From a virus, in IMG/VR virus record IMGVR_UViG_3300042868_012479, positions 1-64,000 of that record: DNA of 64,000 nucleotides; one strand, written 5' to 3'. The position numbers and the translations under genes were made by a program. Below the pieces are notes generated by a model. The model was not told the DNA's origin. It saw only the letters and a program-made list of their open reading frames with translations, and did not search any database. Positions 1 through 8,692 of the stretch are shown here, piece by piece; the stretch's first letter is position 1; every line of letters begins with the position of its first letter.

Positions 1-364
1 ACTCCCAGAACGCGCCATCCTCGCCTGTCCACTCATACTCGCCATCCTCAATGAACGGAGCAGCAGCGGCAAAGAACACTTCCTCCTGACCGGACTTATT
101 GTCGTAGCAGGTAATCACGAGGTCGCCCTTGGCATCCATCGTCTCAAAACCCAACCGCTCAAAGACCGACTTGGTGTCTGGGATTTCACGAAGGTCGGCT
201 GGCATCCACGAGAACCACGACGAGTGCTGCTTGCCGCCGCTGTATGACCCGCCGCGCTTCACGCCATCCGGCGCGTCGTTGAGTGCCATCAACGCTTCAT
301 AGGCCGCAGCAAGATTCTCCTTCTTGATGACCAGATGACCGTTGCCATTTACATAGTATCCCAT
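1..364 (-). CDS. Hypothetical phage protein, runs off the window edge (MGYYVNGNGHLVIKKENL...)
   Basis: Read by hand; open to position 1; purine-rich RBS (AAGGAGTAGGAC) before ATG. Confidence 0.8.
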   Translation of the reverse strand, partial: MGYYVNGNGHLVIKKENLAAAYEALMALNDAPDGVKRGGSYSGGKQHSSWFSWMPADLREIPDTKSVFERLGFETMDAKGDLVITCYDNKSGQEEVFFAAAAPFIEDGEYEWTGEDGAFWE

Positions 365-411
365 TGTCCTACTCCTTCCTACATCATCACGGCAAGTGCC
401 GTAGAGCAATA

Positions 412-681
412 CTAATCTATCGCGTTGTATCGGTCAAGTACGCGAATCCAATGGTCAATGTTGGTGTGCCGGTCAATCGTCGTGTACCGGATGTTCAGCT
501 CGCCAAGAGAGCGGATAAGCAACGAGGCATCCGCATCCTCCTCCAAGAATACTCGGTCGCCCTTCTGATAAGAGTACGAGCTAATAAGCCCCTGAATACC
601 GAGCATCTCTACAAGCTCACGCTTCACTTCGAGCCAGCCGTGTGCCGGATCGTGGTGATAAGTGATAACCAAGTCCTCCAT
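412..681 (-). CDS. Small protein with DPxHGWL motif typical of phage/plasmid early genes
   Basis: ORF track; GTAGGAGG RBS; HDPAHGWLEV. Confidence 0.8.
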   Translation of the reverse strand: MEDLVITYHHDPAHGWLEVKRELVEMLGIQGLISSYSYQKGDRVFLEEDADASLLIRSLGELNIRYTTIDRHTNIDHWIRVLDRYNAID

Positions 682-689
682 AGAACCTC

Positions 690-758
690 CTACCGGCTCG
701 TAAGCCGCAATACATACAAGGTCAGAAGCCCGACCAGAAGCCAGAATACAACAATCAC
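690..758 (-). CDS. 22-aa hydrophobic peptide
   Basis: GTGA overlap with upstream stop; MIVVFWLLVGLLTLYVLRLTSR fills the gap. Confidence 0.45.
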   Translation of the reverse strand: MIVVFWLLVGLLTLYVLRLTSR

Positions 759-1198
759 AGAACTTCGCAACCTTTCAGCTCGGAGCAGATGTGAAGGTAT
801 TCCTGCCAATGGCGAACTTCCTCAATCCATCCCTGAACCTCGCCATCCTTGTCGATAAGGAAGGAGGCGTGCGGGTCGCTAGACAAGGCCTCAATCACCG
901 CTGCGCGAATCTCAAGGTCATCCTTCTTGGCAAGAATCTCCCAAGCATCAAAGCACTCCCAATCACGGATGACCGTACCGGAGTTATCCCACAAGGACTC
1001 ATTGAGAAAGGCCACGCCAAGAAGCTCGTTGAGCTTGCGAAGGATACCCATACCGCCAATGTTCATCCGGTAATAGGCCGTGTTGCGCCAATAGTCGGGA
1101 GCTTCGTCGTTGTCGCCGAACACCCACGGCGTTGCCTTTTTAGCAAACGCTAGCGACTTCTCTCTGTCCTCGCGCATCGAATAGATGTCGTATCCCAT
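755..1198 (-). CDS. Hypothetical protein
   Basis: ORF track; GTAGTAGGAGG RBS. Confidence 0.8.
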   Translation of the reverse strand: MGYDIYSMREDREKSLAFAKKATPWVFGDNDEAPDYWRNTAYYRMNIGGMGILRKLNELLGVAFLNESLWDNSGTVIRDWECFDAWEILAKKDDLEIRAAVIEALSSDPHASFLIDKDGEVQGWIEEVRHWQEYLHICSELKGCEVL

Positions 1199-1272
1199 AC
1201 TTCCTCCTACTACTTCCTACCGGAAAGACTTCCGGCGAGGTGAGTATAAACCCAGCTCGCCGGATAAGTCAA
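1199..1272 (-). promoter_or_regulatory. Early module: promoter, hairpin, RBS
   Basis: TTGACT-18-TATACT; hairpin CCGGAAGTCTTTCCGG; GTAGTAGGAGG. Confidence 0.8.
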
Positions 1273-1285
1273 TGCCCCATCTCGG

Positions 1286-1540
1286 TTAAGTTTTCTTTAC
1301 CTTGCGGCCTTCCCACTCAGCTGCCATCTCACGCCACTGCTCGGGTGTCCACGCGGGTAAAGGGCCGCCATAAACGAATGGCTTGCGGGACTCTTCATAC
1401 GCCCACTCAATCCATCCTGACATTTCCATCAGGTCGCGGTTCTCCCTGATGTAGCGACGAATCGACCGGCCATACCTGAAGTGCCGATCCTCGGCCTTCC
1501 TCAGCTTTGCGTAAGTCCTGAAGTCGTCTTCACTAAACAT
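1286..1540 (-). CDS. Hypothetical protein
   Basis: ORF track; overlaps upstream gene. Confidence 0.65.
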   Translation of the reverse strand: MFSEDDFRTYAKLRKAEDRHFRYGRSIRRYIRENRDLMEMSGWIEWAYEESRKPFVYGGPLPAWTPEQWREMAAEWEGRKVKKT

Positions 1541-1991
1541 TCTTCAGCCGCCGTCGCGCCGTCGCGCCGGAACGCCGAAGGATGGTGTTGATGTACTGCG
1601 CGCTAGTCTGATAGGTCTCGCCAATCAGCCGCAGCTTCTCTCCGGCCTGATACCGGCTCACAATGTCGGTGATGGACTCATCGGTAAAGCGAATCTTGCG
1701 TTCGCCAACTACCCCTTGCTCTGCGAGCGCGTGGGTAATGGTGCTGACTGAACATCCAAAGTTCTTGGCTGCCTCGACTAGCGTCGGGGTGTTCAGCTTA
1801 TAGTATGAAGCAATAGCCTCATAGTCAAACTTGCGAAGCTTCGATCCGCCAGAAAGACGCGGACGCTTTGGCCCTGTCTTTGAGACAATCTGCTGAATCC
1901 TCTGGCGCGTGACGCCATACTTACCTGCGACATCCTGAAGGGACATCCCGCCGAAATAGTCGGCATAGATGAGCTGATTACGCTCGTTCAT
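1533..1991 (-). CDS. Tandem HTH DNA-binding protein (sigma70 region 4-like repeats)
   Basis: SLQDVAGKYGVTRQRIQQI plus two further HTH-like repeats. Confidence 0.75.
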   Translation of the reverse strand: MNERNQLIYADYFGGMSLQDVAGKYGVTRQRIQQIVSKTGPKRPRLSGGSKLRKFDYEAIASYYKLNTPTLVEAAKNFGCSVSTITHALAEQGVVGERKIRFTDESITDIVSRYQAGEKLRLIGETYQTSAQYINTILRRSGATARRRLKNV

Positions 1992-2106
1992 ACTTGCTTA
2001 CTCCTGTTTATACGCTACCGAGATGCGCTCGGCTCGCTGCTGAAGTATAACACCGCAGATGGCCTTGGTATTCCCTTGCCTTGTGCGAAGGGTGGACAAT
2101 CTACGC

Positions 2107-2352
2107 ATGGACTACTTCGTTGTCTATCGCAATGGTGAGCCAGATACTTGGCACATCACTTCCTCCGAAGGCTTCTATGACATTGCCCTGACACCTCACC
2201 AGGCTCTCAAGATGATTTCCGAGAATGCTGAACTGACCACTAGCGACCCCGACATTGAGTTTAGTATCCGATGGATAAACACCCCTGACGGATTTACTTC
2301 TCCGAATCCGGAGGAGCTTCCGGAGTCTTGGGAGCCGGAGAGGTCAAACTAA
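2107..2352 (+). CDS. Hypothetical acidic protein, possibly leaderless
   Basis: GACAAT-N6-ATG at 2107; lone plus-strand ORF in a minus-strand block. Confidence 0.5.
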   Translation: MDYFVVYRNGEPDTWHITSSEGFYDIALTPHQALKMISENAELTTSDPDIEFSIRWINTPDGFTSPNPEELPESWEPERSN

Positions 2353-2409
2353 AGAGGGTGTACAGAACCGCTATCCCCCAGAACGCAGCCCACGCTCTTT
2401 CCGCCCAAC

Positions 2410-2766
2410 TCACTCCCCATCCCAAAGCATACCGGAGGCCTTCGCGCTATTGCGAATGTCGGATAGGTAATCTACTGCGTCGGTAATAGACGAGAGGATA
2501 GCAACATTACAGCCGCGCATTCCGTCAATCCATCCAAGCACCACATTGTCGTGGCGTTCGTGGCTGACGAATGGCAGGCCGTTGAGGATGATGGTTAGCT
2601 CCTCTTGGGCAAAGCCTTCGCTCGCTCCGGCTAAAGCCTCATAGAGCTTCTCCCTGCCGATGACCCCGCTTACCTGCGGATAGATGTCGGAGTAGACAAA
2701 GTCCTCTCCTGACGCCACGATTTCGTCAATGGTGTTTCCGTCAATGTACGCCTGATACATACTCAA
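2410..2766 (-). CDS. Hypothetical protein
   Basis: ORF track; coupled to upstream gene. Confidence 0.7.
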   Translation of the reverse strand: MSMYQAYIDGNTIDEIVASGEDFVYSDIYPQVSGVIGREKLYEALAGASEGFAQEELTIILNGLPFVSHERHDNVVLGWIDGMRGCNVAILSSITDAVDYLSDIRNSAKASGMLWDGE

Positions 2767-3563
2767 CCCCCTACTACGCCGCCGAAGTGTTCATCACAGA
2801 ACGACTCAAAGGCGGTCATTGGAACCTTATCATAGTTGCGTTCGTACCCGCGAGAGCCATCCTCCTCGGGATACCACGCCTCATCTGGGAACGAGTCGTT
2901 GCCGGAGCTGTATTCGTCTCGTGAGACGAACGACCCGCGCTCATACACAACCTCACCCGCAAAGCCCATACCCGCCTCGCAATAGCGATGCGTAATGGTA
3001 AGCGTTGGAAACTGCTCGGCAAGAGCCTCAATGACCGGCTCGGCTGGCGACCACGCCGTATCAAAGTTGTACGATGTGCGACCCTGCTCGGTAATCTCCT
3101 CGGTCGTGCGGTCGTGCCACACTTCGCCGCAGTTCCACTTCGTTCCCCAGTTGGCGCAGTTCCAGTTGTACCACCAGTCGGGGTGTGAGGAAATCTCGCC
3201 GAGCTTGTGCGTCGGGCAGACCATTGAGCCGCCGAATCCGGCAGATACAAGGTCTCGAATCGTGCCGTTGTTCAGCACTTCCTTGACGATAGGCAGGCCA
3301 TCAACTTCCCAATGGCCTTCAGCCTTCTCGTAGCCTTCCTCGTCGTACTTGCCGACCTGCGCCTTCGTCTCAACCCAAACCTTCTTACAGCCGCAAAGGA
3401 AGTTGTTCTGCGTTTCGTTCGCCGAGTAGTGTGGACTATCGGGAACCGGCACAATCTTGGCAAAGTCGAACGCATCCTCGTCGCCCTTCACCAACTCAAT
3501 GAGCCGCGCGACATCTGCCTCGTCGCCCTTTACATCAACCTGATTCACGCACCAGTTTGGCAT
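2763..3563 (-). CDS. DUF1281/YubB ferredoxin-like domain protein
   Basis: MPNWCxN start; WYNWNCANWGTKWN; FDTAWSP; YCEAGMGFAG. Confidence 0.85.
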   Translation of the reverse strand: MPNWCVNQVDVKGDEADVARLIELVKGDEDAFDFAKIVPVPDSPHYSANETQNNFLCGCKKVWVETKAQVGKYDEEGYEKAEGHWEVDGLPIVKEVLNNGTIRDLVSAGFGGSMVCPTHKLGEISSHPDWWYNWNCANWGTKWNCGEVWHDRTTEEITEQGRTSYNFDTAWSPAEPVIEALAEQFPTLTITHRYCEAGMGFAGEVVYERGSFVSRDEYSSGNDSFPDEAWYPEEDGSRGYERNYDKVPMTAFESFCDEHFGGVVGG

Positions 3564-3633
3564 ACTGCCTCCTACTACATCCTTACTCCAAGTGGAGTGG
3601 TACTACCTTACAACCTAGCGACAGACAAGTCAA
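3564..3633 (-). promoter_or_regulatory. Early module: promoter, hairpin, RBS
   Basis: TTGACT-17-TAAGGT; hairpin CTCCACTTGGAG; GTAGTAGGAGG. Confidence 0.8.
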
Positions 3634-3914
3634 GCGTGCCGGTGCGCCTCTACGAAATCGCAGCTTGGCAAGAAGCACCACCCATCCGCAGCAGCTTGCT
3701 TGTCCGACATAAACGGCGGATGGAACTCACACTCGCAAGGAGCGCAGTCCAAGCAGTAGACGAGATAGCCGTCTGGCACACTCCCCTCATACAGCTCGAA
3801 GTCAAGCACATCAAAGCGCGTGTACGGCATACCATTCCAAGTGCCGATGACCTTCTCGTCGGCGTAGAACACCATGTCTCCGCACGCAATACACTTATCC
3901 ATCTGGCCGCTCAT
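3630..3914 (-). CDS. Cys-rich small protein
   Basis: CxxC pairs; ORF track. Confidence 0.7.
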   Translation of the reverse strand: MSGQMDKCIACGDMVFYADEKVIGTWNGMPYTRFDVLDFELYEGSVPDGYLVYCLDCAPCECEFHPPFMSDKQAAADGWCFLPSCDFVEAHRHA

Positions 3915-4477
3915 ACTAGCTCCCCCTCATAGTCCACGATGCCCTTCTTGTAGCGAATCATTGCGTCGGCCTCGGCTTCTGCTTGGTCGTAGCCAATGAT
4001 GCCGCCCAACGACTCCACGACTTCCCAAGTGTTCTCGTGCGAGTGAACGCCGCAATCAACCGACTTCTCCAAGATGACGCAATAGACCTCGCCACGGAGA
4101 ACGGAGTCTACGACGCTAATCTCGGATTCGGCCTTCGCCGCAAGCTCCTCCTCGGTATAGGAATCGCCAAGCCAGAACTTTGCCTGTTCCTTCTCAATGA
4201 CATAGAAGCCAATCTGCGCGGAATCCCACTTGTCGGTGAACGGCGCAAGGCTGATGCTCATGCCGGAGTGGGAGTAGCCATAAAGCTTATGGACATACAC
4301 CGCATCTGCCGGTGGCGTGAAGGTCGCCGTATTCTCGTCATCGACCGGAAGCTTGACATCCCACGGGAAGCCGTAGTTTGCGGCCTTCTCTCCGGTATAG
4401 AACTGACCTGCGCGGTCGCCAAGGACATCGTAGCCGTCGGCTGTGTCCTGCTCGATTCGTGTCCTATGCTTATCCAT
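3911..4477 (-). CDS. Conserved phage/plasmid early protein (YxHSG...WDS..G motif)
   Basis: LYGYSHSGMSIS, WDSAQIGF, GEVY; strong RBS. Confidence 0.8.
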   Translation of the reverse strand: MDKHRTRIEQDTADGYDVLGDRAGQFYTGEKAANYGFPWDVKLPVDDENTATFTPPADAVYVHKLYGYSHSGMSISLAPFTDKWDSAQIGFYVIEKEQAKFWLGDSYTEEELAAKAESEISVVDSVLRGEVYCVILEKSVDCGVHSHENTWEVVESLGGIIGYDQAEAEADAMIRYKKGIVDYEGELV

Positions 4478-4545
4478 ACTGCCTCCTACAACAATACGGC
4501 AACTGCCGTGCTAACGATACTAGGGTATCGGTATTACCCTGTCAA
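4478..4545 (-). promoter_or_regulatory. Early module: promoter, hairpin, RBS
   Basis: TTGACA-17-TAGTAT; hairpin ACGGCAGTTGCCGT; TTGTAGGAGG. Confidence 0.8.
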
Positions 4546-4815
4546 CTACCTATCGGCAACCTGAAAGATAAGACGACCGCCGCCGTTCATCTCGTCGTCT
4601 GCCGAGACAATCACCTCGAACTTGTCGCCGTGAATGTCCTCAATAATAAGAACCGGGAATGGGGGGAAGTAATCGTCGCCTTCCTCAACCCGGCCACCAA
4701 TAATCCGCGCGCCGCGCAGCGGCTCAAGCATCTCACTGATGATGTAATGAACTTCCCGATCCTCTGGCAGAAGCTTCTCGCGCTCCTTCACTAGTGCGTC
4801 ATGATTGACTTCCAT
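4546..4815 (-). CDS. Hypothetical protein
   Basis: ORF track; GTAGTAGGAGG RBS; C-terminal SADDEMNGGG. Confidence 0.8.
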   Translation of the reverse strand: MEVNHDALVKEREKLLPEDREVHYIISEMLEPLRGARIIGGRVEEGDDYFPPFPVLIIEDIHGDKFEVIVSADDEMNGGGRLIFQVADR

Positions 4816-4885
4816 AACTTCCTCCTACTACTTCCTATCCCAAGCGGGATCTATTTAGTATCTGGGTTGTCTATCACCTTGTCAA
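4816..4885 (-). promoter_or_regulatory. Early module: promoter, hairpin, RBS
   Basis: TTGACA-17-GATACT; hairpin ATCCCGCTTGGGAT; GTAGTAGGAGG. Confidence 0.75.
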
Positions 4886-5054
4886 GTACGAAAGCGAACC
4901 GGTAGGCCGTCTTGCTCCTAGGCTTATGCGCATCCTGACAAGCTTCGCACACCCATGCCCCATAAGGGCTTGGTATAAGACCATGCTTAACATTGTTCGG
5001 ACACCTGGGGGCCGGGTCGCCCTGCCACTCGCTAGTTTTTTTCTTCACGCTCAT
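4851..5054 (-). CDS. Small Zn-finger-like protein
   Basis: CP...H...CxxC; ORF track. Confidence 0.6.
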   Translation of the reverse strand: MSVKKKTSEWQGDPAPRCPNNVKHGLIPSPYGAWVCEACQDAHKPRSKTAYRFAFVLDKVIDNPDTK

Positions 5055-5268
5055 TCTCTTCGATTTTCTGTATTACCCGGAGCATAAAATCGTCTCCGAC
5101 TTCCCGCAGCTCTGCCGAGAGATCCTGATATACGCTATCGATAAAGTGCTCGCATGACTCCACTGACCAGTCCGGCCGCAACCGGCGAACATCCTGAACG
5201 CCAAAGTTGACGGTGATGGAAACCACCTGGAGGTTCTGCTTTACCTCGTCATCGCTCATCTCACTCAT
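5032..5268 (-). CDS. Hypothetical protein
   Basis: ORF track; coupled genes. Confidence 0.7.
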   Translation of the reverse strand: MSEMSDDEVKQNLQVVSITVNFGVQDVRRLRPDWSVESCEHFIDSVYQDLSAELREVGDDFMLRVIQKIEENEREEKN

Positions 5269-5530
5269 TCACAATCACCAAGCGGCAGTTATCGAACCCA
5301 CGGGAGCACATCCCCGGCTCATGCGTATATGGCTCGGCAATAGTAGCTCCGCACGACAGACACCACTCCCCGCAAGGGCAGAAGTCATCTGACGCAAAGA
5401 TCGGATAGGGCGCATTCCCTTCGTTGTCGAGCGCGGTTGAGGCAAGCTCGGCCCCGAACCGGGACTGGGCGCAGGGAACACAATTGACCGAACCCTCATA
5501 GGAGTAGGCCTGAACCTCCCACGCCTTCAT
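5261..5530 (-). CDS. Cys-rich small protein (MKAWEVQAY...)
   Basis: CxxC pairs; TAATG coupling at 5530. Confidence 0.7.
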   Translation of the reverse strand: MKAWEVQAYSYEGSVNCVPCAQSRFGAELASTALDNEGNAPYPIFASDDFCPCGEWCLSCGATIAEPYTHEPGMCSRGFDNCRLVIVNE

Positions 5531-5592
5531 TAAAAGAACCAACTAAACACAATAAAGAAAAACCAAATCCTCAAACCAGTACCAATGTCCAT
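5530..5592 (-). CDS. 20-aa hydrophobic peptide MDIGTGLRIWFFFIVFSWFF
   Basis: GTAGGAGG RBS; stop overlaps next ATG. Confidence 0.6.
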   Translation of the reverse strand: MDIGTGLRIWFFFIVFSWFF

Positions 5593-5600
5593 ACTTCCTC

Positions 5601-5912
5601 CTACGGCTGTACGATTGTGGAGTCCGAGTATACCAGACCATACGATTCGGGGTCGTGGCCAATACGCGACTCAAGCTTTAGGGCCGGCATACTGACCTTC
5701 CTGATGCTCTCGCCACAGTCATGGCAACGAATCTCGGTAATGTCTGGGTAGGCGTACTCCTCGGGGTTCTGCTGAACGGCAATCTGCGCTTTATCACCTT
5801 CGCCGATGATGGAGCAGACTACCTCAAGCAGCCCATAGAAGTAGATACCATCCCACCACTCATCGGACGCCCGGGTCTTGCCGGAGCAGCCCTTATGAAG
5901 ATAGGCCTTCAT
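5601..5912 (-). CDS. Hypothetical Zn-ribbon protein
   Basis: HxxC...CxxC; ATGA coupling. Confidence 0.7.
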   Translation of the reverse strand: MKAYLHKGCSGKTRASDEWWDGIYFYGLLEVVCSIIGEGDKAQIAVQQNPEEYAYPDITEIRCHDCGESIRKVSMPALKLESRIGHDPESYGLVYSDSTIVQP

Positions 5913-6160
5913 GATCCACGCTCTAGCTTGTGTGCTCGATCCGTGGCGTCCATGCCGACTCCGGTAAGACGCTGAACCTCCGGGCCATCCCCTTCGGCCT
6001 CATAGAGCTTCAAGGCATCCCCAAAGGCGATACACGCATCAAGATACTCGCGCATAGCTTTAGGGTTATTCGTTACTCGTGCCTGCTCAAAGGCATAGAC
6101 GCCTCTCCCTGCTAGGAACCCTTCGAGCATGCCGTTCTGATACTTCTGTCCGGTCGCCAT
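5909..6160 (-). CDS. Hypothetical protein (MATGQKY...)
   Basis: GAGGAGG RBS before ATG 6160. Confidence 0.7.
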   Translation of the reverse strand: MATGQKYQNGMLEGFLAGRGVYAFEQARVTNNPKAMREYLDACIAFGDALKLYEAEGDGPEVQRLTGVGMDATDRAHKLERGS

Positions 6161-6161
6161 A

Positions 6162-6257
6162 CTAGACCTCCTCACAATCGTGGCCATTAAACCACTCATT
6201 CGCTTCCTCTGTGTCAAGCAAATCAAACTGCCTGCCACACTCACCGCACCGAGCCAT
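6162..6257 (-). CDS. 31-aa Zn-finger peptide MARCGECGRQFDLLDTEEANEWFNGHDCEEV
   Basis: Read by hand; GTAGTAGGAGG RBS; CxxC...HxC. Confidence 0.75.
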   Translation of the reverse strand: MARCGECGRQFDLLDTEEANEWFNGHDCEEV

Positions 6258-6326
6258 ACCGGTACCTCCTACTACACACCCCAAGTGGGGCAGTGATACC
6301 ATAGGGGATAGAGGGCCGGCCGTCAA
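6258..6326 (-). promoter_or_regulatory. Early module: promoter, hairpin, RBS (first of the leftward block)
   Basis: TTGACG-17-TATGGT; hairpin CCCCACTTGGGG; GTAGTAGGAGG. Confidence 0.8.
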
Positions 6327-6336
6327 ACCTGGCGAT

Positions 6337-6400
6337 GGTTAAGACTCCTTAACCTGCCCAGCGTGCTGCCTGCGGGTCGATTTGGTTAAGACTGCTTAAC
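6337..6400. repeat. Two copies of palindrome GTTAAG-N4-CTTAAC (operator-like)
   Basis: GGTTAAGACTCCTTAACC at 6337-6354; GGTTAAGACTGCTTAAC at 6384-6400. Confidence 0.7.
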
Positions 6401-6923
6401 AATGCCCCAGTCTGGTATAGAGCTGGAGTAAAAGGCCGGAATAACCGCTAGAAATAACTTGCTGGCATAATAACTTGTGTGGTAAAGGGGCAGAATAACC
6501 AGGAATAGGGGGGTTTGGAGTGAAGGCATAAACGGCCTGGGATAACAGCCAGCGTGCAACCCCCACAGAAACCCACTTCCACCCACCACCACCGTATCAT
6601 CTTTAAGATTCCGCAACCAAACTGCCCACCGAACCCCAACTACAGCAAAGATGTTACCTAGCTAGGCAATAGCAGGTCATAGCACAGGCAGGGATACCAG
6701 TCCCCGGTACAGGAAGAATCAGCCATGATCGAATCTCTTCTCTCCTACTACAATCTCTTAGTGTTTCTCCTTCCCTATGGAGCGTATACGGCGCCTGCCT
6801 CACGGCACCGTGACCCTCCTCTCACGACTCAGCCGCCTTCGGCGTCTTCGGGCCGAGCCTGAGGCTCACTGGCGTAGACAACCACAGAGCTGCGCAATGA
6901 TACGACGGTGGTAGAATGCCTAG

Positions 6924-7037
6924 ATGGAAAAGCATATGGTTGAATACATGAGAGAAGTCTTCGATGAAAACCCCGTGTTGGTAGCATCTACGCTTGCCGG
7001 CATTGTAATCGGCTGCGTGCTGGCGCTAGCAAGCTAG
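6924..7037 (+). CDS. 37-aa membrane peptide, probably leaderless
   Basis: TGGTAGAAT-N6-ATG; C-terminal hydrophobic helix. Confidence 0.55.
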   Translation: MEKHMVEYMREVFDENPVLVASTLAGIVIGCVLALAS

Positions 7038-7047
7038 GAGATACGCT

Positions 7048-7614
7048 ATGGCATACATATTGCGCAAGTTCTCTGAAGAACTGATTGTCGTCCTGCTGAT
7101 TGGCCTTGTCTCGACTACTACCGCCTGGACAGCGATCCAAGCGTCTTTCCATAACAACGCATCTTCTGCCGCCTATGGCGACTACCAGCTGATTATCGCT
7201 GACGCGAATAATCTGTGGATCACGGCAGAGGTCAAGTACCGGGCCGACCTGCTGGCCTGGGACACCGGCCTTGGTGGCTCATATGAGTTCAGCGTGTACG
7301 CGGTGCCGTGCCAGACCAAAATCTTCCCCGCGACCCAACTGCCAGACTGCGCGGAGTATATGGACGCCGTGTATGGCCCATATAACGAGATGTATAACAG
7401 CGGAGACGAACCCCTTGCGCTCTCTGAGCTTGAAGGCGGCTACAGCAACCGACTACAGGTACTCACGGGCATCTTTGCCGTTGCCCTGTTTGCCCTGGGT
7501 GTCACCTCTCCGATGAAGAGCCGGAAGAACGCCTCGTACCTTGTGGCGTTTGCCGCAGTCCTGTGGGTGGTTGGCATTGGCCTGATGGTCACAATCCCCA
7601 TTATCTTGCTGTAA
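7048..7614 (+). CDS. Membrane protein with 3 TM helices (DUF4337-like architecture)
   Basis: One N-terminal and two C-terminal TM segments; AGGAG RBS. Confidence 0.75.
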   Translation: MAYILRKFSEELIVVLLIGLVSTTTAWTAIQASFHNNASSAAYGDYQLIIADANNLWITAEVKYRADLLAWDTGLGGSYEFSVYAVPCQTKIFPATQLPDCAEYMDAVYGPYNEMYNSGDEPLALSELEGGYSNRLQVLTGIFAVALFALGVTSPMKSRKNASYLVAFAAVLWVVGIGLMVTIPIILL

Positions 7615-7623
7615 GGAGAGGGT

Positions 7624-8277
7624 ATGTCATACGTCATTGCAAATATCCCGCCGATTGCCTGCTACGTCCGCAAGGAGTACCTGCGCGACTTACAAGACAG
7701 CCACGGAGAATTCACTCCTGCCTATTGGGTAACCGTCAAGGCAATCCGCCACCGCGCCCTATACATTGAGGCATTCCTCCCAGAGTACGGCGCCCTGTAC
7801 GACAAGCTGCCGATCAGCGCCTTTGTCTGGAGGCCGGAGACCCCAAGCCCCGACTTGAAGCTGGGTGACCTGCAGCTCTGGGACGCTATCTCCCCCCAGC
7901 TGAGCGTGATCGAAAAGGCCGTGCTCAAGAATATGCGGTGTAAGTTCCGAACCCCGGCAGGCATATGGGGAGAGGGGCACTACCTCTTCACCGTTGACAT
8001 GGTACATACTGACCCGAACGAGATCGACGCAAACTGGGCGCGTGTTCCCTCTGAGCATAAGTCCTATAACTTTATCCGCCTAGACAACGGGCAATTTGCC
8101 GCCCAGCCAAACAACCGGGTGCTGTGGCTTGATGAGGCTATTGTGGCAAAGGAGCCAAAGATGCCGAACTTTAAGGTCAGCACCAAGGAGTTCTCGGCTG
8201 AGGGCGGCCGCTGGGGCCTGGGTGACGAAGACTCGTGGACATATGAGCCGGCGCAAAATAAGGAGAAAGCCAAGTGA
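7624..8277 (+). CDS. Conserved phage protein of unknown function
   Basis: YGALYDKLPISAF and HKSYNFIRLDNGQFAAQPNNR, motifs I recall from aquatic phages. Confidence 0.85.
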   Translation: MSYVIANIPPIACYVRKEYLRDLQDSHGEFTPAYWVTVKAIRHRALYIEAFLPEYGALYDKLPISAFVWRPETPSPDLKLGDLQLWDAISPQLSVIEKAVLKNMRCKFRTPAGIWGEGHYLFTVDMVHTDPNEIDANWARVPSEHKSYNFIRLDNGQFAAQPNNRVLWLDEAIVAKEPKMPNFKVSTKEFSAEGGRWGLGDEDSWTYEPAQNKEKAK

Positions 8278-8387
8278 GTGACCTTGGGGATTGGGTATGG
8301 CTGTTTGCCATAGCCATGGGCGTGCTCATCATTGTGGAACAGGCTCGATACGAGATCAAAGAGTCCCGCAAGAATAAGCGGCGCTAA
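8274..8387 (+). CDS. 37-aa membrane peptide with basic tail
   Basis: GTGA coupling; MSDLGDWVWLFAIAMGVLIIVEQ...KNKRR. Confidence 0.55.
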   Translation: MSDLGDWVWLFAIAMGVLIIVEQARYEIKESRKNKRR

Positions 8388-8476
8388 GCCCCTCCCTTTA
8401 TCCTTCTTTTCTTTATCCTTCCTTCCCTCTCTCCCTCTGTCACCTCCGGGCGTGACTCCGGGCGTGACTCCGGAGA
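8388..8476. repeat. Polypyrimidine tract plus 12-bp tandem repeat (CTCCGGGCGTGA x2.5)
   Basis: About 50 nt almost pure C/T, then CTCCGGGCGTGA CTCCGGGCGTGA CTCCGG. Confidence 0.7.
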
Positions 8477-8507
8477 GCACCGGGGGCCACCTTGGCAAAA
8501 CCTAGAT

Positions 8508-8536
8508 TTGACAGTCTGTTTACGGCCTGATACCGT
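8508..8536 (+). promoter_or_regulatory. Sigma70-type promoter
   Basis: TTGACA-17-TACCGT. Confidence 0.75.
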
Positions 8537-8542
8537 TCCTCT

Positions 8543-8692
8543 TGTACCCACCGGGGAACATCAACAACCGGGGAAAAGAGATGCGAGTCTCTGCTCTCGG
8601 AAGTAGAGCGGTTCACCATAACCCGGTGGGGCAGTTGTGTCGGTTGAGGCGGGACTCCTACCCCGTCTCCCGATACCTTAGTAGGAGGTGCT
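8543..8692 (+). ncRNA. Structured 5' leader with anti-SD loop (candidate cis-regulator)
   Basis: Three hairpins; loop CTCCTAC (8655-8661) complementary to RBS GTAGGAG (8681-8687). Confidence 0.45.

Noticed and set aside
2290-2412. TM-like open frame continuing past the TGA of the 2410-2766 ORF (readthrough or recoding)
   Set aside because: Single case; all long genes are intact under the standard code, with all three stops used
8064-8498. Minus-strand 144-aa ORF
   Set aside because: Overlaps two better-supported plus-strand genes and is mostly low-complexity repeat translation
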